Assembly (NCBI GenBank): GCA_963588055.1
Contig: CAVAGB010000008.1
Span: forward strand, 11,622-75,621
Reading direction: 5' to 3'
DNA length: 64,000 nucleotides
DNA from: Erysipelotrichaceae bacterium
GTDB lineage: Bacteria; Bacillota_I; Bacilli_A; RFN20; CAG-826
Shown in pieces: positions 33,789-43,250 of the stretch. The notes under the pieces are model-generated. The model saw nothing but the letters and a program-made list of their open reading frames with translations, had not been told where the DNA came from and searched no databases. The first letter of the stretch is position 1; the number at the start of each line of letters is the position of its first letter. A program made the position numbers and the translations under genes.

Positions 33789-34520
33789 ATGAGCATCCAC
33801 GCCTTATCCGTCAGCGAATCCACTTACGCAGAGCTTTACGAAAGCGCCCCTTGGGCCATCGTCCTGCAATCCCTCTACGACCTCATCCCGATCGCTTTGT
33901 TCATGGTCGGGGCAGTCGTCCTCCTCCGCTGCCTTTACAACAAGATGGTGAAGGGGAATTACGCCCTTCTAGCGGCGGGATCGATCATGGTCTTCGCCGC
34001 AGGCTTCCTGAAGGCGATGCAGAAATTCATCATCGGCGTTTCTGGATACAACTACAACATCCTAGACCGCCAATTCACCTCCACGCAGTCCATCGGCTTC
34101 GCCCTCATGTTCGTCGCCTTGATCGGCATGTTCACCTCTTACAACAAGAAGTACACGAAGGTCTCCATCAGCGTCCTGGTTCCTCTTGCCATCATCTCCG
34201 CCTTGGCCGAGACCCCAACGCTTAAGGAGTTCACGAACACCCTTCCCTTCATCATCCTAATGATCCTCGGGGCGGCGGGGACGCTGGTCATGCTGATGAT
34301 CATCGCGATCAAAAGGAAGGACATCCTCTCCGCGATGTTGTTTGGCTTAGCGATCGTCTTCATGATCGGGATGGGCTACCTTTCCACCAAAGCGAGCTGG
34401 ATCGGCAACTGGATCGCCATCTCGGTGAACATCGTCTATCAAGGGCTCTTCATGGCCGCCTGCCTGCGCCTGCAAAAGAAGGGATTCGGGGCGGAAGATT
34501 CCCTGCAAAAGTCCAACTAA
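33789..34520 (+). CDS. polytopic membrane protein, unknown function
   Basis: 243 aa with about 7 hydrophobic helices. Starts 1 nt after the previous stop. Confidence 0.5.
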   Translation: MSIHALSVSESTYAELYESAPWAIVLQSLYDLIPIALFMVGAVVLLRCLYNKMVKGNYALLAAGSIMVFAAGFLKAMQKFIIGVSGYNYNILDRQFTSTQSIGFALMFVALIGMFTSYNKKYTKVSISVLVPLAIISALAETPTLKEFTNTLPFIILMILGAAGTLVMLMIIAIKRKDILSAMLFGLAIVFMIGMGYLSTKASWIGNWIAISVNIVYQGLFMAACLRLQKKGFGAEDSLQKSN

Positions 34521-34537
34521 TTCATCATCCAATCAAG

Positions 34538-34568
34538 AAATAACGGCGCAAAAGCCCGTTATTTTTTG
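34538..34568 (+). terminator. rho-independent terminator
   Basis: AAATAACGG (34538-46) pairs with CCGTTATTT (34556-64), followed by a T-run. Confidence 0.7.
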
Positions 34569-34637
34569 TTTTGGAGGCAATCATCATCTCTTAACACGCG
34601 TCTAAAAAGAAGGCACAATATCGCGTGAGGAAACCTT

Positions 34638-35174
34638 ATGAACTTCTTGATTGGATCTGACATCCACGGCTCGAAAAAATACGCGGAGATATTCTTCGCG
34701 AAAGAAAGAATCTACAACCCTGAGCGGATCATCGTGCTCGGTGACTTCTTCTATAACGGAGCCAGGAACGAGCCTCCGGAGGAATATAGCCCGCGCGAGG
34801 TCGTCACGCTTGTGAACGCCTACGCCTCCAAGCTCATCGCCATCAAAGGCAACTGCGACTCGGAAGTCGATCAGATGGTCGCTGACTTCCTTTTCAATGA
34901 GAGCGCCTGCTTATGCGCCTTTATGAAAACGATGACTTTCACCCATGGCCATCACGCGAGCTTCGATAACCTCCCGAAGAACGTCGGGGATGTCTTCTTC
35001 CAAGGGCATACCCATGTATCCGTCCTCGAAAGGAAGGGCGGGCTTATCCTAGCCAATCCAGGCTCCATCTCTCTCCCGAAGGACGAGCACCACTCCTATA
35101 TGGTGATGAATGAAAAAGGCATCGTCCTTTATGATTTGCTGGACGATGCCGTGTTGAAGAGTTTGGCCTTCTGA
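34638..35174 (+). CDS. YfcE/MJ0936-type metallophosphoesterase
   Basis: SDIHGS, VLGDFFYNG, IKGNCD and THGH motifs. Confidence 0.75.
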   Translation: MNFLIGSDIHGSKKYAEIFFAKERIYNPERIIVLGDFFYNGARNEPPEEYSPREVVTLVNAYASKLIAIKGNCDSEVDQMVADFLFNESACLCAFMKTMTFTHGHHASFDNLPKNVGDVFFQGHTHVSVLERKGGLILANPGSISLPKDEHHSYMVMNEKGIVLYDLLDDAVLKSLAF

Positions 35175-35180
35175 AGTTGA

Positions 35181-37901
35181 TTAGGCGATCTTCGTCTCAT
35201 TGCCTTCTTCGGAAGGCTTTTTCTTCAGCTTCTTTGAAATCCAAAGGATGAAGACGACGATCTCATGGACGACGACGGGGGTGATCATGAGCAAGCCGAC
35301 CCAGAGGAAATCCCATCCCTGCAAAGCGACGACCTGCAAAACGTTGTTGAGCCCAGGGGTGAAGATGAAGAGGACCTGCAAGGCGAGGCCGAGGAAGAAA
35401 GCTCCCCAGAGGACGAAGTTCCTGTCGCGGAAGACATGGATGAAGCTCTTCTTCGCATCGACCATGCCGAGCATATGGAAGAGCTCGCTCAAAGAGAGGA
35501 CGCAAAAGGCCATGGACTGAGCCTCCTCAAGCTTCAAGGGATCGGCGAAGTATTCCGAGATCGCATTGAGGTCGAAGGAGAAGCCGTGGCTCATCCAGAA
35601 GGTTGAAAGGAAGGCAACGAGGGTGGCGACGCCTACAAGCGCCCCATAGCCAAATACCAAGCCGTATCCGCCGTGGGCGAATAAGGAGTCCTTGGGGTCG
35701 CGAGGCTTTTCCTGCATGACGGTCTTGCTCTTCTTGTCGACGCCAAGGGCGATGCCGGGCAAGGAATCGGTCACTAGGTTCACTAGGAGCAAGTGGATCG
35801 CGATGAGGGGGCTAGGCAAGCCAAGCAAAGCGGCGATGAACATGCAGACGATCTCGCCGATATTGGAAGAAAGGAGGAAGAGGATCGTCTTCTGGATGTT
35901 CTTGTAGATGCCTCTGCCCTCTTCGACCGCCTTGACGATTGAGGAGAAATCATCGTCCATCAGAATCATGTCGGCGGCGTCTTTTGCGACGTCGGTGCCG
36001 GTGATTCCCATCGCGATGCCGCAATGGGCGGCTTTAAGAGAAGGAGCGTCGTTGACTCCATCTCCCGTCATCGCGACGATCTCGCCATTGCGCTGCAAGG
36101 CCGCGACGATGGATTGCTTATTCTCAGGGGAGACGCGGGCAAACACGCACACGTCCTTCACCTTTTCTGCGAGTTCCTCCTCGCTGCAGGCATCGATCTG
36201 GCTGCCGGTCATGACCTGCGAGGCGTCGGAAGCGATTGTGAGTTGCTTGGCGATTGCAAAGGCGGTGACGGGGTGGTCGCCAGTGATCATGATGGTGCGC
36301 ACACCCGCGCCACGAAGCTCCTCGACGGAAGCGCGCGCGTTTTCTCTAGGCGGGTCGATCATCCCGGTGAGTCCAACGAAAGCAAAGCCGTCTTTGTCAG
36401 GATAAAGCGCGACGAGGCCAAGCACGCGGAGGCCTTGCTCCGACATCGATTTGACCTGATTTTCGATGGTTTTCGTCTCCGCGGGGGTCAACGGTTCGAA
36501 TTTGCCGTTCTTATAGATGTATTTGGTTTCGGGAAGGAGCCTTTCGATGGCGCCTTTTTTGTAATGCACGACCCCTGTTTCGGTTTGGTGCATCGTCGTC
36601 ATCGTCTTGGAGGTCGAATCGAAGGGGATCTCATCGATGCGAGGCAAAGAGGAATCGATGGAGGTTTTGCTGAGCCCAAGGGCGGAGGCGAAATCAAGCA
36701 AAGCGATCTCCGTCGGATCGCCCGTCCTCACCTCTTCGTTGCGGGCGTCGTTGCAAAGGGCCATGCCGAGGGCAAGCTCCTTGAAGGATTGATCGAAATG
36801 CTGCACATCGGCGCGCATTCCATTGCTATAAGCCTCGACGACCTTCATTTTGTTTTGGGTGAGGGTACCCGTCTTATCAGAGCAAACGACGGTCACCGCG
36901 CCCAAGGTCTCGACGGAAGCAAGCTTCCTAACGACGACGTTGTTCTTCGCCATTTTGGTGACGCCGTTTGCCAAGACGATCGTAACGACCGCGGTAAGCC
37001 CTTCAGGAATCGCCGCCACGGCAAGGGCGATTGAATCAAGCAAGGCACTTTGCCAGATGGTGGGCAGGTTGCCATCCACCACGCCCCAGATGATCTTCGC
37101 GACCATCATGAGCACGACGACGATGGCGGCGAGAATCCCTAGGAATTTGGAGAGTTTCCCGAGGTTTTTCTCAAGAGGGGTGACTTCCTCCTCCTCTTTC
37201 TGCAACAAGGTCGCGATCTTGCCGATCTCAGTCTTCATCCCGGTGGCTACCACGATGCCGGTGCCTCTGCCATGGACGACAAAGGTAGAAAGGAAGGCCT
37301 CATTCACCCTTTCGGCAAGAGGAGTGTCTTCTTTAAGAGTTAAGGAAGGGTCTTTCTCGACGGGGACGCTTTCGCCCGTCAAAGAGGATTCATCGGCTTT
37401 GAGCCCGGAAGCCGAAAGCAAACGCAAATCGGCGGGGATGATGTCCCCTTCTTTCAAGATAACGATGTCGCCGGGGACAAGTTCCCTAGAAGGGATTACC
37501 TTACTTTGCCCGTCGCGGATGACGTTGGAGGTGGGCGAACTCATCTTCTTCAAGGCATCAAGGGCCTTCTCCGCCTTCGCCTCTTGGATGGTGCCGATGA
37601 TGGCGTTCAGGATGACAACCCCGAAGATGATGAACACATCGATAAGCCCTTTGGCCCCCTCTTCCTTCCAATTGATGATCGCTAGCACCAAGGAAAGGAT
37701 GGCGGCCAGGCAAAGGATCAAGGTCATCGGGTCGACGAAATTGCCGAAGAACATCCCCAATATGGTTTTCTTTTTCTTTTCCTGAAGCTCGTTAGGGCCG
37801 TATTGAGCAAGCCGCTTCGCAGCCTCCTCTTCGCTTAGGCCCTTCTCCTCATCGCTTCCAAAAGAGCCAATTACTTCCAAAGCATCCTTGTTTTCGAACA
37901 T
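35181..37901 (-). CDS. P-type cation-transporting ATPase, PMCA/SERCA (type IIA/B) class; Ca2+/Mn2+
   Basis: 906 aa. TGES, CSDKTGTLTQNKM, MITGDH, GDGVNDAPSLK. Preceded by a Mn2+ riboswitch. Confidence 0.9.
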   Translation of the reverse strand: MFENKDALEVIGSFGSDEEKGLSEEEAAKRLAQYGPNELQEKKKKTILGMFFGNFVDPMTLILCLAAILSLVLAIINWKEEGAKGLIDVFIIFGVVILNAIIGTIQEAKAEKALDALKKMSSPTSNVIRDGQSKVIPSRELVPGDIVILKEGDIIPADLRLLSASGLKADESSLTGESVPVEKDPSLTLKEDTPLAERVNEAFLSTFVVHGRGTGIVVATGMKTEIGKIATLLQKEEEEVTPLEKNLGKLSKFLGILAAIVVVLMMVAKIIWGVVDGNLPTIWQSALLDSIALAVAAIPEGLTAVVTIVLANGVTKMAKNNVVVRKLASVETLGAVTVVCSDKTGTLTQNKMKVVEAYSNGMRADVQHFDQSFKELALGMALCNDARNEEVRTGDPTEIALLDFASALGLSKTSIDSSLPRIDEIPFDSTSKTMTTMHQTETGVVHYKKGAIERLLPETKYIYKNGKFEPLTPAETKTIENQVKSMSEQGLRVLGLVALYPDKDGFAFVGLTGMIDPPRENARASVEELRGAGVRTIMITGDHPVTAFAIAKQLTIASDASQVMTGSQIDACSEEELAEKVKDVCVFARVSPENKQSIVAALQRNGEIVAMTGDGVNDAPSLKAAHCGIAMGITGTDVAKDAADMILMDDDFSSIVKAVEEGRGIYKNIQKTILFLLSSNIGEIVCMFIAALLGLPSPLIAIHLLLVNLVTDSLPGIALGVDKKSKTVMQEKPRDPKDSLFAHGGYGLVFGYGALVGVATLVAFLSTFWMSHGFSFDLNAISEYFADPLKLEEAQSMAFCVLSLSELFHMLGMVDAKKSFIHVFRDRNFVLWGAFFLGLALQVLFIFTPGLNNVLQVVALQGWDFLWVGLLMITPVVVHEIVVFILWISKKLKKKPSEEGNETKIA

Positions 37902-37919
37902 ATGTCCTCCTTATCGAAA

Positions 37920-38015
37920 AATCGGTAAGGTCTTGCGAGGCATCCGCCGCTTCCTCCCGGCTTCTTACGAAGCGTGCTGACGAGTGGGAAGCTTAACGCT
38001 ACTCTCCTTAACGGG
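37920..38015 (-). ncRNA. yybP-ykoY (Mn2+) riboswitch
   Basis: The minus strand reads UAAGGAGAGUAGCGUUAAGC...GCCUCGCAAGACCUUACCG. This matches the conserved GGAGAGUAGCG 5' and GCAAGACCUU 3' blocks with P1 UAAGG/CCUUA. The SD UAAGGAGG lies just downstream. Confidence 0.75.
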
Positions 38016-38243
38016 GATTAGATTAACAAAAAGCCCTAGGCTTTGGAAGAAAGATTTTGAGAAAAATAAACGCCATGAAAGGCCTATTGCCATACATTGT
38101 TTAACCAATTATCCCCGCAAAAGTTGAATATCTTTTGGATTTGCTAGGTTTTTCATGCCTGTGAAGATGATTCCAAACGCTCTCCCCAGAGTGGAAATGC
38201 GCACTAATGCAACTCATCATCGTTTGAACTAAAATTCCTTCAA

Positions 38244-39353
38244 ATGAAGATCCTAGTGACCGGAGCCAACGGCTTCATCGGCAAAAACCTCGCCTGCCAC
38301 CTGAAAGAGAGGGGGCATCAAATCCTTCCTTTCGTCAGGGGGAACGCGATTGAGGATCTCCGCGCGTATCTCAAAGAGGCGGATTTCGTCGCCCACCTCG
38401 CCGGGGTGAACCGCCCCCTAAGGGAAGAGGAATTCGCCGAGGGGAACGTGGGGCTCACGAGGACCCTCGTCGAGGAGATGGGAAAAGCCGGAAGGAAGAC
38501 GCCGATCTTCTTCTCGAGCTCTACGCAAGCGGAGCTCGATAACCCCTATGGCCGCTCCAAGAAGGCGGCCGAGGATCTGATTCTTTCCTATGGGAGGGAG
38601 ACCGGGGCGCCGGTTTACGTCCGCCGACTCTGCAACGTCTACGGCAAATGGTGCCGCCCGAACTACAATTCCGCCATAGCGACCTGGTGCTTCAACCTGA
38701 CGCACGGAATGCCGATCGAGGTCAACGAGGCGGCCGGGGCGATCGACTTCGCCTATGTCGACGACGTCTGCGAGGGGATACTCTCCCTAATCGAGAATGG
38801 CGGGGAGACCGGCGTCAAGGCACTGAAGGCAGCGGACAAAGCCTCGCCGAAGGAAGTCGCCTCGATCCTCCGTTCCTTCGAAGAGGGCAGGAAGAGGCAT
38901 GAGGCCCCTTCGCTAGGTACCCCATTCAAAGCCAAACTGTACGCGACCTACGCCTCCTATCTGGATGAGGGCAACCTCGCCGTGGGGTTGGATGCCCACG
39001 TCGACGATAGGGGCCTCTTCGCCGAAATCCTCCGCTCGAATGGTGCCGGGCAAATCTCGGTCAACGTGATAAGGCCGGGCATCGTCAAGGGGAACCACTA
39101 CCATCATACCAAGAGCGAGAAGTTCCTAGTCGTCAGCGGGGAATGCGTGACGACGCTGAAGCCGGTCTTCGGAGGGAAGACCGTTTCTTATCAAACAAGC
39201 GGCGAAGGCCTCAAGGCGATCGACATCCCGCCCGGCTGGGCGCATTCGATAAAGAACGTCGGGAAGAAGGACGCCGTGGTCCTCATGTGGGCGAGCGAGC
39301 CCTTCGATCCGAATAGGCCGGACACCTACCCCATGGGCGCGGAGGATGAATGA
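38244..39353 (+). CDS. capF: CapF-like bifunctional SDR + cupin enzyme (UDP-L-FucNAc pathway)
   Basis: 369 aa, the same length as S. aureus Cap5F. VTGANGFIGKNL, FGKWCRPNYNSAIATWCF, DDRGLFAE...KGNHYHHTKSEKFLVVSG, DPNRPDTY. Confidence 0.85.
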   Translation: MKILVTGANGFIGKNLACHLKERGHQILPFVRGNAIEDLRAYLKEADFVAHLAGVNRPLREEEFAEGNVGLTRTLVEEMGKAGRKTPIFFSSSTQAELDNPYGRSKKAAEDLILSYGRETGAPVYVRRLCNVYGKWCRPNYNSAIATWCFNLTHGMPIEVNEAAGAIDFAYVDDVCEGILSLIENGGETGVKALKAADKASPKEVASILRSFEEGRKRHEAPSLGTPFKAKLYATYASYLDEGNLAVGLDAHVDDRGLFAEILRSNGAGQISVNVIRPGIVKGNHYHHTKSEKFLVVSGECVTTLKPVFGGKTVSYQTSGEGLKAIDIPPGWAHSIKNVGKKDAVVLMWASEPFDPNRPDTYPMGAEDE

Positions 39354-39354
39354 G

Positions 39355-40503
39355 ATGAAGAAACTGAAACTGATGACGATCCTCGGCACGAGGCCGGAAA
39401 TCATCCGCCTGAGCGAGGTCATCAAGGCCTGCGATAGGGAATTCGATCACGTTTTGGTCCACACCGGGCAGAACTACGACTACGAGCTCGACGGGGTGTT
39501 CTTCGAGCAACTCGGCCTCAGAGCGCCCGATTTCCGCCTGAGCGTCGCGGGGAAAACCCTCGGCGAGACGATGGGTCAGGTCGTATCGAAAACATACGAC
39601 CTGATATCAAGCGAAAAGCCCGACGCGGTGCTGATCCTCGGGGACACGAACAGCGCGCTCTCCGCGATCTCCGCCAAAAGGCTGAAGTGCCCAATCTTCC
39701 ACATGGAAGCAGGCAACCGCTGCTGGGACTGGAACGTGGCCGAGATGACCAACCGCACGATCGTCGACCACATAAGCGACGTCAACATGCCCTATTCCTC
39801 CTTCGCCCGTGGGAATCTCCTCAGGGAGGGGCTTCCCGATGAGCGTATCGTCGTCACCGGTTCCCCGATGAAGGAGGTCATAGACGCCCACATGGATGAA
39901 ATCATCTCCTCGAAGATTCTGGAGGAGAGGGGATTGAAGAAAGGCGGCTATCTCGTCGTCTCCGCGCATCGCGAGGAGAACGTCGACATAGAGGAGAAAT
40001 TCAAGAGGCTCTTCCCTTCGCTCAACAGAATCGCCGACCAATTCGCGATGCCCGTCATCTTCTCCGCCCACCCACGGACGAGGAAGAGGCTGGAGTCCAT
40101 GGGATTCGAATTGTCCCCTTATATAAAGGAAGAGAGACCCTTCGGCTTCTTCGACTACTGCGCGCTGCAAATGAACGCCTTCGCCACCCTAAGCGACTCG
40201 GGCACTCTCTCTGAGGAGAGCTCGATCCTCGACTTCCCCGCGGTGCTCATCCGCACCTCGACCGAGAGGCAGGAAGCAAATGAGCATGGGTCCATCGTCC
40301 TAGGAGGGGCGGACTACGAGACCATCCTCCCGGCGATTGAGAAGGCTAGGGAAATACACAAACCCGGCAATTCCCTGCCTATCGTCCCCGATTATGACGT
40401 GGTCGACGTCTCAAAGAAGGTCGTCGAAATCGTCAAGAAATACGTAGATATCGTCAACAAAGAGACCTGGCTTAAAGGAATCAAGGACGAGCCTCATATC
40501 TGA
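39355..40503 (+). CDS. capG: UDP-N-acetylglucosamine 2-epimerase (Cap5G/FnlC-like, non-hydrolysing)
   Basis: MKKLKLMTILGTRPEIIRLS, HTGQNYDY, HMEAGNRC, SAHREEN. ATG 39355 has a 9-nt spacing from GGAGG. Confidence 0.85.
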   Translation: MKKLKLMTILGTRPEIIRLSEVIKACDREFDHVLVHTGQNYDYELDGVFFEQLGLRAPDFRLSVAGKTLGETMGQVVSKTYDLISSEKPDAVLILGDTNSALSAISAKRLKCPIFHMEAGNRCWDWNVAEMTNRTIVDHISDVNMPYSSFARGNLLREGLPDERIVVTGSPMKEVIDAHMDEIISSKILEERGLKKGGYLVVSAHREENVDIEEKFKRLFPSLNRIADQFAMPVIFSAHPRTRKRLESMGFELSPYIKEERPFGFFDYCALQMNAFATLSDSGTLSEESSILDFPAVLIRTSTERQEANEHGSIVLGGADYETILPAIEKAREIHKPGNSLPIVPDYDVVDVSKKVVEIVKKYVDIVNKETWLKGIKDEPHI

Positions 40504-40652
40504 AGCAAGAAAACCGTGGCTACGAGATCAGCCACATAAACCGGATATATCCACCACATAAGAACCCTCCGTTGAAACTTTCAAAATTTCTTCCTTTCAT
40601 GTGCCCAGGTCAAGAAAATATAGATAAATCGGTATCTGGATAGGACGGGTTT

Positions 40653-40680
40653 AAAAAAGCTCAGCGACGAAGCTGAGCGG
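40653..40680 (-). terminator. rho-independent terminator after tRNA-Leu(CAA)
   Basis: GCTCAGC (40659-65) pairs with GCTGAGC (40672-78). U6 on the minus strand (A-run 40653-58). Confidence 0.75.
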
Positions 40681-40688
40681 AGATTCAA

Positions 40689-40776
40689 TGGTGCCCGAAG
40701 CCGGACTCGAACCGGCACGTCCTCATCAGACATTGGATTTTGAGTCCAACGCGTCTACCGATTCCACCATTCGGGC
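40689..40776 (-). tRNA. tRNA-Leu (anticodon CAA), type II, CCA encoded
   Basis: GCCCGAATGGTGGAATCGGTAGACGCGTTGGACTCAAAATCCAA...GGTTCGAGTCCGGCTTCGGGCACCA. Acceptor GCCCGAA/TTCGGGC. Anticodon loop CTCAAAA. Long variable arm. Confidence 0.92.
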
Positions 40777-40949
40777 GTGGTGCTTTCGTTGCTCGCAAAA
40801 GCGTATGAATTATAAGAACAAGGCAAAAGGCTTTCAATAAGCAAAACAGGCGAAACTAAGCCCACACGGGGGACGGAAATCGAGAAATAGAAATATCAAG
40901 ATATAGCGCTTTTGCGGGGTTCAAAAACGAAAAACTCCGCAAAAGTCTT

Positions 40950-40975
40950 ATAAAAAGACGCCGCGATGGCGTCTT
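40950..40975 (-). terminator. rho-independent terminator after the cytidylate-kinase-like gene
   Basis: AAGACGCC (40955-62) pairs with GGCGTCTT (40968-75). On the minus strand the stem runs into UUUUUAU. Confidence 0.6.
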
Positions 40976-40986
40976 GCAGATAACCT

Positions 40987-41604
40987 TTACTTATCAAGCT
41001 GCGGGCGGATGGTCTCAACCAAAGCGTGGGCGATGTCTTTAATCGAATGGTTGGAAGTGTTCACCATGAAGTCGTAATTGACTTTGTCGCCCCACCTCTT
41101 GCCGGTGTAGAACTCGTAATATTTGGAACGGTTCTTATCGATCTTCTTAATTTTCTTGGCAAGCGATTTATCGTCAGGTCTAGGGCTTTCTTCAGCCCTT
41201 TCCTTGCAGCGGGCGATCTTGCTTGGCAGATCGGCATAGACGAAGATGCGAATCGGATTGAATTCCTTCAGGATCTCGTCCGCGCAACGTCCGATGATGA
41301 CGCAAGATGACTTAAGCGCAAGCTCCCTCAGGATTTTGGTTTGGGCAGCGTAGATGTCGATGGATTGATCTAGATGCGGATCCCCCGCCGTGGAGAAGGA
41401 CATCCCGTAATGAATGGGAAGAAGAGGCACAGGCTTCTTTTCCGTGACCTGTTCGATGTACTCGAGGCAATAAGGAGTCTGCTTCTCAATCTCAAGAAGG
41501 ATCTCCCTGTCGTAATAAGCGATTCCGAGTTCGTCGGCGATGCGCCTTCCAAGCTCCCTTCCACCGCTTCCAAACTCGCGTCCAACAGTAATAACAAGGC
41601 TCAT
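40987..41604 (-). CDS. cytidylate-kinase-like family protein (Cytidylate_kin2)
   Basis: MSLVITVGREFGSGGRELGRRIADELGIAYYDREIL. Confidence 0.7.
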   Translation of the reverse strand: MSLVITVGREFGSGGRELGRRIADELGIAYYDREILLEIEKQTPYCLEYIEQVTEKKPVPLLPIHYGMSFSTAGDPHLDQSIDIYAAQTKILRELALKSSCVIIGRCADEILKEFNPIRIFVYADLPSKIARCKERAEESPRPDDKSLAKKIKKIDKNRSKYYEFYTGKRWGDKVNYDFMVNTSNHSIKDIAHALVETIRPQLDK

Positions 41605-41643
41605 AAATATCCCGTCCTTCGTGCCTTAATTATATATTTTCCG

Positions 41644-41668
41644 TCAAAAAAAGGCGCTGGAAGCACCT
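41644..41668 (-). terminator. rho-independent terminator after the tRNA-Leu/Arg pair
   Basis: On the minus strand AGGUGCU-UCC-AGCGCCU is followed by U7. Confidence 0.6.
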
Positions 41669-41686
41669 GAATTTTTTTGTCGAGTT

Positions 41687-41763
41687 TGGCGCGCCCGAGC
41701 GGATTCGAACCGCTGACCCCAAGCTTCGGAGGCTTGTACTCTATCCAGCTGAGCTACGAGCGC
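41687..41763 (-). tRNA. tRNA-Arg (anticodon CCG), CCA encoded
   Basis: GCGCTCGTAGCTCAGCTGGATAGAGTACAAGCCTCCGAAGCTTGGGGTCAGCGGTTCGAATCCGCTCGGGCGCGCCA. Anticodon loop CTCCGAA. Confidence 0.92.
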
Positions 41764-41766
41764 AAA

Positions 41767-41853
41767 TGGTGCACTGGATGGGAGTCGAACCCACACCGGT
41801 TGCCCGACTAGCTCCTGAAACTAGCGCGTATACCAATTCCGCCACCAGTGCAC
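41767..41853 (-). tRNA. tRNA-Leu (anticodon CAG), type II, CCA encoded
   Basis: GTGCACTGGTGGCGGAATTGGTATACGCGCTAGTTTCAGGAGCTAGTCGGGCAACCGGTGTGGGTTCGACTCCCATCCAGTGCACCA. Stem CTAGT/GCTAG. Loop TTCAGGA. Confidence 0.88.
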
Positions 41854-42143
41854 GCCGACTTAATATACTCTTAACAACTTTAAATGTCGAAGGGCGAAAT
41901 TGTTTTATCCTTAGGCTTGCGAAAGCGAAAGAAAATGCCATGGCTTGGGCTTTTCAACGGAAGACGCGACGCCTTAGCGGCCTGAAGGAAACGGCACACT
42001 TGCCCCTTTTCGACAGATCCTCTTTTCCCCATAGAACAAGGGGGTTTAAAACCACAAAGGGGCAACTCATAGAAACTGCTGACTTCTAGGCGCGCGTACA
42101 AAAAGAAAGGCAAAGAGAAGAAGAATGGTCTAAAATCGCCTTT

Positions 42144-43238
42144 ATGAAGCCTCTTTCGAGAACCGAGTTACTGCAAGCCATCACCGCTTTTGAATTTCAA
42201 GGCAAACTAGAAAGTATAGAAGAAAATCATGTCGGGCACGTCAACGAGACCTACATCCTTACCTTCCGCGATGGTGAGCAAAGTCATCGCTATATATTCC
42301 AAAGGATAAACGCGACCGTCTTTCCAAACGTGGAGGAGGTCATGTCGAACATCTCACTCGTCCTTTCTTATATGAAAAAGAAGGTGAAGGAGAGAGGAGG
42401 CGAACCCGAAACGGAAACCCTCTCGCTCATCACCAGCTCGAGCGGCGATCTTTATTATAAGGATAAGGAAGGCAACTACTTCAGAGCCTCCCTCTTCGTG
42501 GAAGGGTCCCTCTCTTACGACCAAGCGACACCTGAGATCTTCGGAAAGTCAGGATATGCTTTCGGCAAGTTTCAACGTGACTTAGACGGCTTCCCAGCCG
42601 AGATGCTATATGAGGTCATTCCTCATTTTCACGACACCGTTAAACGCTATGCCGATTTGGAAGAAACCATTGCAAAAGCCCCGCAAAACCGCCTTGAAAT
42701 CGCAAAAGACGAGGTTCTTTGGGCAAAAGAAAACAAAAGTGTCTCCGCACTTCTTCTAGGCAAGAGACTTCCTCTTCGCGTCACCCATAACGACACAAAG
42801 CTAAACAACGTCCTCTTCATAGAGAAGAGCAACTCCACCTGCGTCATCGACCTCGATACGGTCATGCCCGGACTATCCTTATACGATTACGGGGACTCCA
42901 TCCGCTATGGGGCGAACACCTGCGTTGAGGATGAAGAAGACGTCTCGAAGATCAAACTAGACCTCGAACGCTTCGAAGCCTACACGAAAGGATACCTGCA
43001 AGGCACGGAAGGAACGCTAACGGAAGAGGAGATTTCTTTGTTCCCAGAAGCCGCGATCGTCTTGACCTATGAATGTGGAATCCGCTTCTTAAAGGACTAT
43101 TTGGATGGGGACGTTTACTTCAATGTATCGAAGCCCATGCACAACCTCATCCGAGCAAGGGACCAATTCGCCTTGGTAAACGACATGAAGGAAAAGCTCT
43201 CTGACATGAGGGCTATCGTTAATCGTTTGGCAAAGTAA
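42144..43238 (+). CDS. nahK: N-acetylhexosamine 1-kinase-like APH-family phosphotransferase
   Basis: GHVNETYIL, YIFQRINATVFPN, LRVTHNDTKLNNVLF, VIDLDTVMPG, YDYGDSIRYGANT and ECGIRFLKDYLDGDVYF closely parallel Bifidobacterium NahK as remembered. Confidence 0.75.
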   Translation: MKPLSRTELLQAITAFEFQGKLESIEENHVGHVNETYILTFRDGEQSHRYIFQRINATVFPNVEEVMSNISLVLSYMKKKVKERGGEPETETLSLITSSSGDLYYKDKEGNYFRASLFVEGSLSYDQATPEIFGKSGYAFGKFQRDLDGFPAEMLYEVIPHFHDTVKRYADLEETIAKAPQNRLEIAKDEVLWAKENKSVSALLLGKRLPLRVTHNDTKLNNVLFIEKSNSTCVIDLDTVMPGLSLYDYGDSIRYGANTCVEDEEDVSKIKLDLERFEAYTKGYLQGTEGTLTEEEISLFPEAAIVLTYECGIRFLKDYLDGDVYFNVSKPMHNLIRARDQFALVNDMKEKLSDMRAIVNRLAK

Positions 43239-43250
43239 GAAAGCTTTCGC

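Noticed and set aside
36024-37785. 336-aa and 311-aa plus-strand ORFs inside the P-type ATPase gene
   Set aside because: They lie antisense to an unmistakable P-type ATPase (DKTGT, GDGVNDAP). They are shadow ORFs.
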